Made by a program: the position numbers and the translations under genes. Below, in pieces: positions 35,661-45,918 of a stretch of DNA of 45,918 bases. Source of the DNA: Chiloscyllium plagiosum. Taxonomy: Eukaryota. Under the pieces are notes generated by a model, which was not told where the DNA came from, ran no database searches, and was given only the letters and a program-made list of their open reading frames with translations. The stretch's first letter is position 1; the number at the start of each line of letters is the position of its first letter. Location: NCBI RefSeq assembly GCF_004010195.1, contig NC_057753.1:11580462-11626379 (forward strand). Direction: 5' to 3'.

Positions 35661-35947
35661 ATTCTTTTTACTTCCAAATCAGAATGGAACTCAACAGTGA
35701 AAGAATGTTTCCTTTTCTGAGAACAAGGAGACAGGGGTGAGGAGACTGCTTATCCCGCAGAGGACTATGTGACCTTGAGAAGTACAGACATCGGGTATTT
35801 TTAAGGCTGATGAGGATGGATTCTCGACGAACGTGAGCATCAAACCTGTTAGCAGCGGTGGGCAGGACTGCGGACGCGGGCACAATCAGAGCTCTCATCG
35901 GATGGCAGAATGGGCTCATGGGACTGAATGGCACGCTCCTTCTCCTC

Positions 35948-36677
35948 AGAGTCACAGAGATGTACAGCACGGAAACAGATGCTTCGGTCCAACTCGTCCC
36001 AGATATCCCGAACCTAATCTAGTCCCATTTGCCAGCACTTGGCCCATATCCCTCCAAACCCTTCCTATTCATGTCCCCATCCAAATGCCTTTTAAATGTT
36101 GTAATTGTACCAGCCTCCACCACTTCCTCTGGCAGCACATTCCATACATGTACCACCCTCTGTGTGAAAAAGTTGCCCCTTAGGTCCCTTTTATATCTTT
36201 CCCCTCTCATCCTAAACCTACACCCCTCTAGTTCTGGACTCCCTGACCCCAAGGAAAATACCTTGTTTATTTACCCTAAGCATGCCCCTCATGATTTTGT
36301 AAACCTCTATAAGGTCATCCCTCAGCCTCTGACGTTCCAGGGAAAACAGCCCCAGTCTGTTCAGCTCAAACCCTCCAACTCTGGCAACATCCTTGTAAAT
36401 ATTTTCTGAACCCTTTCACATTTCACAACATTTTTCCAATAGGAAGACCAGAATTGCACGCAATATTCTAAAAAAGTGGCCTTACCCATGTCCTGTACAG
36501 CTGCAACATGACCTCCCAACTCCTGTACTCAATACTCTGACCAATAAAGGAAAGCATACCAAAAGCCTTCTTCACTATCCTACCTACCTGTGACTCCACT
36601 TTCAAGGAGCTGTGAACCTGCATTAAGTATATAAGCCCTGCTCTGATTTGCTTTCCCAAAATGCAACACCTCGCACC
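35948..36677 (-). mobile_element. HER1-like CR1 3' portion
   Basis: KKAFGMLSFIGQSIEYRSWEVMLQLY. Confidence 0.85.
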
Positions 36678-36926
36678 TAGTTTTTTTTTCACCTGTTTGT
36701 TTGTATGTAACAAGGAGTTAATGAGAACCATCTTTACCCAGCCAACTGTAAGAAAGTGGGACTCGCTCCCACAGCGGGTGGTTGAGGGGAACTGTGGGGA
36801 TACATTTCAGACGAAGCCGGATACAGACACGAGGGAGAAAGGGAATGGAAGGACATGCAATTGGGGGTAAGATGAAGAGGAGCGGGAGGAGGGTCAGGTG
36901 GAGCGTAAACACTGACAGAGACCGAC

Positions 36927-37420
36927 TGTGAAACTTGAAAGGGTTCAGAAAAGATTTACAAGGAAGTTGCCAGGATTGGGGGGTTTGAGCTACAGGGAGA
37001 GATTGAACAGGCTGGGGCTGTTTTCCCTGGAGCATCAGAGGCTGAGGGGTGACTTTATAGAGGTTTATAAAATCATGAGGGGCATGGATAGGGTAAATAG
37101 GCAAGGTCTTTTTCCTGGGGTAGGGGAGTCCAGTACTAGAGGACATGGGTTTAGGGTGAGAGGGGAAAGATCTGAGAGACCCAAGGGGCAACTGTTTCAC
37201 TCAGAGGGTGGTGCGTGTGTGGAATGAGCTGCCACAGGAAGTGGTGGAGGCTGGTACAATTGCAGCATTTAAAGAGCATCTGGATGGGGACATGAATAGG
37301 ACGGGTTTAGAGGGATATAGGCCAAGGGCTGGCAAACGGGACTAGATTGGGTTCGGATATCTGATCAGCATGCTTGAGTTGGACCGAAGGGTCTGTTTCC
37401 GTGCTGTACATCTCTATGAC
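36927..37420 (+). mobile_element. HER1-like CR1 3' end
   Basis: KLERVQKRFTRKLPGLGGLSYRERL; tail CTCTATGAC. Confidence 0.85.
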
Positions 37421-37482
37421 CCACTGTCAGGATGAACACAGTCCAGGTCCTGGGTGTAACTCCTGCAGAACCGAGCTCTGGT

Positions 37483-38325
37483 TCACTTGTGAAGACGCTG
37501 GTGCCTCAGTAGGTTGGATATCTGAGTGAATCCCTTCCCACACTCAAGGCAGTTGAACGGCTTCTCCCTGGTGTGCACTCGCTGGTGCGTGCGCAGGCTG
37601 GACGAGTGGGTGAAACGCTTCCCGCACTCAGAGCAGGTGAACGGCCTCTCCCCGGTGTGGACACGCTGGTGTCTCAGCAGGTTGGATGAGTCACCGAACC
37701 CCTTCCCGCACACCGAGCAGGTGAACTGCCTCTCCCCGGTGTGGACACGCTGGTGGGTCAGCAGGTTGGACGACTGAGTGAACCCCTTCCCGCACACGGA
37801 GCAGGTGAACGGCCTCTCCCCGGTGTGGACCCGCTTGTGGGTCAGCAGAGCCGACGAGTCGCTGAAGCCCTTCCCGCACACCGGGCAGCTGAAGGGCCTC
37901 TCCCCGGTGTGGACCCGCTGGTGGGTCAGCAGGGCGGACGAATGAGTGAACCCCTTGCCGCACTCTGAGCAGACGAACGGCCTCTCCCTGGTGTGGACTC
38001 GCCGGTGCATCTGCAGGTTGGAGGACTGACTGAAGCCCTTGCCGCACACGGAGCAGGTGAACGGCCTCTCGCCGGTGTGAATGCGCTGGTGCGTCAGCAG
38101 GGCGGAGGAATCAGTGAATCCCTTCCCACAATCCCGGCAGGTGTACGGCTTCTCCCTGGTGTGGACCCGCTGGTGGGTCAGCAGGGCGGACGAGTGAGCG
38201 AAGCCCTTGCCGCACACGGAGCAGGTGAACGGCCTCTCGCCGGTGTGAATGCGCCGATGGGTTTCGAGGGCAGACGGGGAACAGAATCCTTTCCCGCAGT
38301 CCCCGCATTTCCACCGTTTCTCCAT
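37483..38325 (-). CDS. C2H2 zinc-finger protein, 10 tandem fingers, no effector domain (ZNF3)
   Basis: accATGg start, [14 protein letters not shown], ten intact fingers, stop after RLHK. Confidence 0.9.
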   Translation of the reverse strand: MEKRWKCGDCGKGFCSPSALETHRRIHTGERPFTCSVCGKGFAHSSALLTHQRVHTREKPYTCRDCGKGFTDSSALLTHQRIHTGERPFTCSVCGKGFSQSSNLQMHRRVHTRERPFVCSECGKGFTHSSALLTHQRVHTGERPFSCPVCGKGFSDSSALLTHKRVHTGERPFTCSVCGKGFTQSSNLLTHQRVHTGERQFTCSVCGKGFGDSSNLLRHQRVHTGERPFTCSECGKRFTHSSSLRTHQRVHTREKPFNCLECGKGFTQISNLLRHQRLHK

Positions 38326-38664
38326 GGTGCGGATATCCTCGTCTCTTCCCCCAGGTCTGAGGATCAGATGAAGCCTAATTCACAGGCAGGACACACATGC
38401 GGTATCTCCGCACCGCGAACAGCGAGACATCCCCAGTCTGTCCAACCAGTTAAAGCTATCTCCACAGCCAGTTCAATAGAACACACTCTCACCCGGGGGT
38501 GTGTGTGTGTGTGTGTGTGTCTGAGCACACTCCTAGTCACACCGGTGTTTGAAAGCTTCTGAAGCAGACAGAACACGATTAAAATGTTGATATATAGGTC
38601 CCAGTGAATCGAGGCTTTGGCGTGATGCTTGATTTGAGATTTTGAATCCTCCCCGTCCAACGTA

Positions 38665-38692
38665 CTGGAAAAGAAGATTACAAATGTCAGCG
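38665..38692 (-). other. Putative splice acceptor of the ZNF3 exon
   Basis: Minus strand CTGACATTTGTAATCTTCTTTTCCAG|TACG. Confidence 0.6.
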
Positions 38693-38729
38693 ATATCGGC
38701 ACAGGATAGTCATTCAGAAAATACAATTT

Positions 38730-39365
38730 TAGTTTGTGGTATAAAAGTAGGGAGCTTTTGTTAAAACTGTACAGGACCCTAGTCAGACCCACAGCAGGAT
38801 CAGGGTAAACGATTTCGGGCCCCTTATCCAAGGAAAGTTTACTGGCATTAGAGGCAGTCCGGAGGAGGTTCATTCGGCCAATCCGAGGGCTGGAGGGACT
38901 GCCTTATGAGGACAGGTTGAGTAGGTCGGGCCTGTACTCATCGGGGTTTAGAAGAATGAGAGGCGACCGAATTCAAACAGACAGGATTCTTGGGGAGGAC
39001 TTGACAGAGGGGGAGATGTGGAGAGGTCGTTCCCCCAACTTGTGTGGGAGATCTAAGATGAGAGGGGGACGGGATGTCATCTCAGAGCGAGGGGGTCACC
39101 CATTGAAGACAGGGACGGGGAGGAATTTCTTCTCTCTCCGAGGTGGGGGTGGGTGAGTGAATCTGTGGAACACTTTACCGCGGAGGGCTGTCGAGGCCAG
39201 GTGATTGAGTATATTCAAGGCTGAGACAGAGAGAGAGTTTGAATCAGTGAAGGAATCAAGGATAATGGGGAAAAGGCAGGAGATTGGGAGTCGAGGACGA
39301 TCAGATCTCATTGAACAGTGGAGCAGATTCAACGGGCTGAATGGCCTATTTCAGCTCGTGTGTCT
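38730..39365 (+). mobile_element. Older CR1-type 3' portion
   Basis: GLYSSGFRRMRGDRIQT; RNFFSLR; GGGCTGAATGGCCTA tail. Confidence 0.75.
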
Positions 39366-39724
39366 TCTGGCCTCTGTGGAACATGCTTTTTCTTTCCATG
39401 TTTCCAAAGGCTGTAAATCTCCACCGCCCCACACATACCCCCCTCCATTCACACTGCACAATGACCGCGGTAGAAAGGTTTGGCCTGTGAAGTTTCCAAA
39501 CCGGGAGCGTTTACTTTGACATCCGTCGGTCATTAAAAGCCGAGAACGCTGAAGCTTTCAGTTTTCAGACCTGGGGTGAATCTACTCGAGTTGAACCTGA
39601 AGCTGTGGAGGGGCAATTTCTCCAGATTCGATCTAGGTTTTAGTTTTGATTTCAGAAGTGTAAAGGATCTTTTTACCGTAACTGGGAATGGATGTTGGGT
39701 GCTGTCATATAGCTGATATAACAG

Positions 39725-39920
39725 AGTCGAGAATGTGGTGCGGGAAAAGCACAGCAGCATCCGAGGAGCAGGAGAATCGATGTTTCAGGCATAAGCCCTT
39801 CATCAAATGCCCAAAACGTCGATTCTCCTGCTCCTCGGATGCTGCCTGACCTGCTGTGCTTTTCCGGCACCACATTCTCAACTCTGATCTCCAGCATCTG
39901 CAGTCCTCACTTTCTCCTCC
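39725..39920. mobile_element. Fold-back PLE family A cassette, hammerhead cores truncated
   Basis: Inverted arms around 39806; ATATAACAG at 39716-39724 and 39925-39933. Confidence 0.7.
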
Positions 39921-40029
39921 TGCAATATAACAGGGCAGTTTTGCAAATTGGAAAAAGAAGGCGCTTTTTTTTTAAATTAAAGCTGGGTAAAACCACATTG
40001 TTTTTGGATCAGGAAGAGTTTGTTTCTTT

Positions 40030-40380
40030 ATTCACTTGTGGGGTGTGAGCAATGTTGGCTGAGTCCAACCTTTATTGCCAGTCTCTAATTGCCCTTGAGT
40101 AGGTGGTGGTGAGCTGCCATCTTGAACCACTGTAGTCCACGAACTATGACATGTAGTGGTAGTAGGTGAAGTGACAAGATTTTATGACACTGTCCCACTA
40201 AATGTTGCCTGTTACAGTCAGAATGTGAGTACACCATCATTGTATTGCAGCTTGTGACCTGAGAGGGTACAGTGTAAAGGTCACGTACATCATCTTGCCC
40301 TGGAATTACTTGAAGCAAGAGATGCTACCGGTAATGTCATTGCCAGTGATGAATTTCTTCTCTTCCCACATTGGAGCCAA
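40030..40380 (-). mobile_element. Decayed 3' end of a LINE sharing its tail with the SINE at 20619
   Basis: Minus strand CAGTGGTTCAAGATGGCAGCTCACCACCACCTACTCAAGGGCAATTAGAGACTGGCAATAAA. Confidence 0.6.
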
Positions 40381-40636
40381 TTCTTTGGATAGGTTACACA
40401 TCCCTTATATTATCACAAACTGCCAAAGACATTTATTTTATCCTGGCCTATTCACAATTGCTTTACAAACTGTAACAGCCTTTGTAAGTCACTCTGATAG
40501 TTCTCTGTACGATAAGATATCACGCTAGCTTACCTTCTAAGCCCGTGCACATTATCCAATCTGATTTCTGTAACTTGCTGGCTTAATGCTAGTCAGATAT
40601 TATGCAAGGTAAGATATGGGAGCAGAATTAAGCCAT

Positions 40637-43600
40637 TCACAGAGTCACAGAGATGTACGGCATGGAAACAGATCCTTCGGTCCAACCCGTCCATGCCGAC
40701 CAGATATCCCAACCCAATCTAGTCCCACCTGCCAGCACCCGGCCCGTATCCCTTCAAACCCTTTCTGTTCATATACCCATCTAGATGTCTTTTAAATGCT
40801 GCAATTGTACCAGCCTCCACCACTTTCACTGGCAGCTCATTACATACACGTACCATCCTCTGCATGAAAACGTTGCCCCTTAAGTCTCTTATATATCTTT
40901 CCCCTCTCACCCTAAATCTATACCCTGTAGTTCTGGAATCCCCGACCGCAGGGAAAAGACTTTATCTATTTATCCTATCCATGCCCCTCATGATTTTATA
41001 AACCTCTATAAGGTCACCGCTCAGCCTCCGACGCTCCAGGGAAAACAGCCCCAGTCTGTTCACCCTCGCCCTGTAGCTCAAATTCTCCAACCCTGGCAAC
41101 ATCCTTGTAGATCCTTTCTGAACCCTTTCAAGTTTCACAACATCTGTCCGATAGGAAGGAGACCAGAATTGCATGCAATATTCCAACAATGGCCCAACTA
41201 ACGTCCTGTACAGTCGCAACATGACCTCCCAACTCCTGTACTCAATACTCTGACCAATAAAGGAAAGCATACCAAACCCCTACCATTAACCCATTTGACC
41301 CATTAAGTCTGCTCCACTGTTTGTTCACGGCTGATGTGTTTCTCAACGCCATGGTCCTTCCTTCTCCCTGTGACCCTTGGTCCCCTCACTAATCAAGAGG
41401 CTGTCTATCCCAGTCTTAAATACACGCAATGACTTGGCTTCCACAGCCCTCTGCGGCAATGGGTTCCACAGATTCACCACCTTCTGGCTGACGAAATTCC
41501 CCCTCGTCTCAGATCCAAAGGGTCTTTTACTCTGAGGTCATACCCCTGCCTCCTAGTCTCTGCTACTAGTGGAAACATCTTCTCCACATCCGCTGTACCT
41601 AGGTTTCTCAGTATTCAATCAGGTCCCCGCCCATCCATCTAAATTCCAAGCACACACCCAGAGTCCTCAACTCCTCAAATGAAAAGCCCTTCAACCCCGG
41701 ATTGTTCTTGTAAACCACCTATGGACCCCCTCCAACGCCAGGGCATCATTCCTTAGATACAGGGCCTGAAGCTGCTCGCAATATTCTAAATACGGCCTGA
41801 CTAGGGCCACATACAGCCTCAGCCGTACATCTCTGCTCTTGTATTTTCACCCTATTGTAATGAAGGCTAACGCTACATTTGCCTTCCTGACTGCCAACTG
41901 AACCTGCATGTTAACTTTAAGCCAAACCTGAACTAAGACTCCCAAGTCCCTTTGTGCTTCAGATTTCCAAAGCCTTTCCCAGTTTAGGGAATAGTCCACG
42001 CCTCTTTTTCCCTGACCAAAACATTGGAACCTCACATCTTGCACACTGTATTCAAACAGCCACTTCCTTCCTCTCTCCCAGCCTGCCCAAGTCCTTCTGC
42101 AGCCTCCCCACTTCCTCAACCTTACCCGTCCCTCCAGCTATCTTTGTGTCATCTGCGAACTTAGCAACAAGGCTGTCATAGAGTGATTAGTTGTGGTCCC
42201 AACACTGACCCCTGCGGAACTCCACTAGCCACCGGTTGCTTTATCTCTACACTCTGCCATCTACCAGTCAGCCAATCCTCTATCCATGCTAGAACCTTGC
42301 CCCCAATACCTTAGGCTCTTGTCTTATTTCGTAGTCTATTGTGTGGCACCTTGTCAAAGGTTTTCTGGAAATCCAAATAGATCATGTCCACTGGCTCTCC
42401 ATTATCTAACTTGCTCATTACTTTGTCAAAAAAAGATATGTCAGGCATGACCTCCTCTTGACAAAACCATGCTGACCCAGCCCCATTTTACCACGTTCTT
42501 TGCAATCTCATCCCTAATAATGGACTCTGAAATCTTACTAGTGAACAAGGATATGGTCCTATAGTTTCCTGGTTTCTGCCTCCCTCCCTCCATTCTCAAA
42601 CAGGGGTGTTACACAAGTCGCTTTTCAGTCCTCTGGGACCCTCCTGACTTCATTGATTCCTGAAGGACCACCGCCAATGCCTCCAAAATCTCATCTATCT
42701 TCTTCAGAACTCCGGGGTGTAGTCGTAGAATAACACAGCACGGAAACAAATCCCTCGGTCCAACCAGTCCATGCCAACCATCTTCCCAAACTGAACTAGT
42801 CCCACTTGCCAGCCCCTCCAAATCTTTCCTATTCATGAACTTATCCAAATGTCTTTCAAACATTGTACCTGTAACTGCACCCACCATTTTCCCTGGCAGT
42901 TGATTCCACACACAAATCATTCTCTGTATATAAAAAAAAAAGGTCCAGGACATTGGTTAGGCCACTGTTGGAATATTGCGTGCAATTCTGGTCTCCTTCC
43001 TATCGGACAGACGTTGTAAAACCTGGAAGGGTTCAGAAAAGATTTACAAGGATGTGGCCAGGGTTGGAGGATTTGAGCTACAGGGAGAGGCTGAACAGGC
43101 TGGGGCTGTTTTCCCAGGATCATCGGAGGCTGAGGGGTGACCTTATCAAGGTTTATAAAATCATGAGGGGCATGGATTGGGTAAATAGGCAAAATCTTTT
43201 CCCTGGGGTCGGGGAGTCCAGAACTAGAGGGTGAGAGAGGAAAGATATAAAAGGGACCGAAGGGGCAACTTTTTCACACAGAGAGTGGTGCTTGTATGGA
43301 ATGAGCTGCCAGAGGAAGTGGTGGAGGCTGGTACAATTGCAACATTTAAGAGGCATTTGGATGGGTATATGAATAGGAAGGGTTTGGAGGGATATGGGCC
43401 GGGTGCTGGCAGGTGGGACTAGTTTGGGTTGGGATATTTGGTCAGCATGGACGGGTTGGACCGAAGGGTCTGTTTCCATGCTGTACACCTCTATGACTCT
43501 ATATCGTTTTCAGATTTCTCTCCTCTCACCTTAAAAATACGCCCCCGAGTCTTGAAATCCTCCATCCTAGCCGAAAAGATACCTGCTGTTCACCTTATCG

Positions 43601-44215
43601 CTGCCCCTCATGATTTTATAAACCTCTATAAGGTCATCACCCCTCGTCTCCTGTGCTCGTGTGGTCCCAGCCTTTCTGGTCTATTTTTACATCTCAAACC
43701 CTCCATTCCCGGCAACATCCTGGTTAATCTTTTCTGAACTCTTTCCAGTTTAATAACATCCTTCTTGTAACAAGGCGACCAGAGCTGGAGCTCACAGTGC
43801 TCCATAACAGGCTTCACCAATGTCCTAGGCGACCTCAACATCACATCCCAACTCCTATACTCAAAAGACTGAGCAATGAAGGCAAGCGTGCTAAACACCT
43901 TCTTAACCGCCCTGTGACACAAATTTCAAAGAATTATGTACCTGATCCCAGAGGTCTCTCTGTTCTACAACACGACCCAGGGGCCTATTATTAATCGTAT
44001 AGGTCCTGCCTTTGTTAGTTTTTCCAAAATACAATACCCAACATTGATCCAAATTAAACTCGATCCGCCACTGCTCAGCCCATTGACCCAATTCATTAAG
44101 GTCGCAGATAAACCTCTTCACTGTCTACTACATCACCAATTTTAGCATCATCTGCAAGTTCACTAAACATATCTCATATACTCACATCCTAGTCATTTAT
44201 ATAAATGATAAACAA
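40637..44215. mobile_element. Cluster of CR1 fragments: 40637-41275 (-), 41290-42720 (-), 42724-42930 (-), 42943-43502 (+), 43510-44215 (-)
   Basis: Repeated LEYCVQFWSP / RRLRGDLIEVYK / WNELPEEVV motifs and tails. Confidence 0.8.
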
Positions 44216-44393
44216 AAGATTAGATTAGGTTAGGTTAGATCCCCTATAGTACGGAAACAGGCCCTTTGGCCCAACAAGTCCCAACTTGTTAGGAAGGAAG
44301 ATGTGTTGGACATTTTGACCAACTTGAGGATAGACAAGTCCCCCGGGCCTGACGGGATATATCCTAGGATTATGTGGGAAGCAAGAGAGGAAA

Positions 44394-44739
44394 GATTAGA
44401 TTAGGTTAGGTTAGGTTAGATCCCCTATAATACGGAAACAGGCCCTTTGGCCCAACAAGTCCACACCAACCCTCCGAACAGCAACCCACCCAGACCCATT
44501 TCCCCTACCCTATATTTAACACTGGCTAATGCACCAAACACTATGGGAAATTTAGTACGGCCAATTGAACCGACCTGCACATCTTTGGACTGTGGGAGGA
44601 AACCAGAGCACCCGGAGGAAACCCACACAGACACGGGGAGAACGTGCAAACTCCACACAGACAGTCGTCCGAGGTTGGAATCGAACCCGGGTCCCTGGTG
44701 CTGTGAGGCAGCAGTGCTAACCACTCAGCCACCGTGCCG
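44394..44739 (-). mobile_element. Full-length HE1-like V-SINE
   Basis: Head GCGGCACGGTGGCTGAGTGGTTAGC; (CTAAC/T)n tail. Confidence 0.85.
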
Positions 44740-44759
44740 CAGCAGAAGTGGACCCACTT

Positions 44760-45918
44760 TCTATTCCTTGTGGAACATCACTGGTCACAGGCCTCCAGTC
44801 ATCCTCTGTGTCCTACCATGAAGCCAATTTTGTATCCAGTTGGCTAGCTCACCCTGAATCCCATAAGACCTAACTTTACTAATTAGTCTACTATTTTGAA
44901 CCTTGTCAAAGGCTTTACCATACAGACAATGCCTACTGCTCTGCCCTTGTCAATCTTCTTGTTTACTTTATTAAAAAAGTACTTTATTTCCTCACAAAAA
45001 TCCATGACTATCCTTGATCAATCCTTGCCTCTCCAAATGCATGTAAATCCTATCTTTCGGAATCACCTCCAACAACTTATCGACCACCAATGTCAGACTC
45101 ACAGGTCTACACTTTCCAGGCTTCTCCTTACAGCCTTTCTTAAACAATGACACAACAGTAGACACCCTCCAGTCATCCTGTACTGCACCCATGTCATAGA
45201 GTCATAGAGATGTTCAGCATGGAAACAGACCCTTCGGTCCAACCTGTCCGTGCCGACCAAATATCTCAATCCAATCTAGTCCCACCTGCCAACACACGGC
45301 CCATATCTCTCCAAACCCTTCCTATTCATATACCCATCCAAATGCCTCTTAAATGTTGCAATTGTACCAGCCTCCACCACTTCCAAGTTACAAGTGGAGT
45401 CCCGCAGGGATCAGTTCTGGGTCCTCTGCTGTTTGTAACTTTTATTAATGACTTGGAAGAGGGAGTCGAAGGGTGGGTCAGTAAATTTGCAGACGATACG
45501 AAGATTGGTGGAGTTGTGGATAGTGAGGAGGGCTGTTGTCGGCTGCAAAGAGACTTAGATATGATGCAGAGCTGGGCTGAGGAGTGGCAGATGGAATTCA
45601 ACCCTGTCAAGTGTGAGGTTGTCCACTTTGGAAGGACAAATAAGAATGCAGCATACAGGGTTAAAGGTAGGGTTCTTAGTGAGGTGGAGGAGCAGAGGGA
45701 TCTTGGGGTCTATGTTCATAGATCTTTGATCTTGGGGTCTATGTTCATAGATCTTTGAAAGTTGCCACTCAGGTGGATAGAGCTTGTAAGGAGGTCGATG
45801 GTGTATTAGTGTTCATTAGCAGAGGGATTGAATTCAAGAGTAGTGAAGTGATGTTGCAGCTGTACAGGACCTTGATTAGGCCACATTTGGAGTACTGTGT
45901 GCAGTTCTGGTCGCCTCA
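44760..45918. mobile_element. CR1 fragments: 44760-45384 (-) and RT 45385-45918 (+)
   Basis: [42 protein letters not shown]. Confidence 0.85.

Noticed and set aside
45699..45756. 29-bp tandem duplication in CR1 RT
   Set aside because: An ordinary slippage frameshift in a dead element.

Overview
Eukaryotic vertebrate DNA, most likely a cartilaginous fish (shark). This is inferred from HE1-like V-SINEs, HER1/CR1 LINEs and KRAB-less '[14 protein letters not shown]'-type zinc-finger genes. The window holds three minus-strand tandem C2H2 zinc-finger loci (8, 9 and 10 fingers) in a sea of decayed retroelements, with three assembly gaps. The main hidden signals are: (1) many Penelope-like-element (PLE) terminal repeats from three sequence families, each carrying a minimal hammerhead-ribozyme core with a 4-nt palindromic stem III, several inserted as short fold-back cassettes with target-site duplications; (2) a LINE whose 5' end is a tRNA-like pol III head, present alongside its internally deleted SINE derivative and a separate 3' tail; (3) a CCAAT-ETS-CCAAT promoter module shared by two sites, one fused directly to ZNF1, whose missing intron start lies inverted on both sides of the gene; (4) loss of the family's canonical ATG in two of the three ZNF genes. 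Repeat boundaries were read by eye and are approximate.
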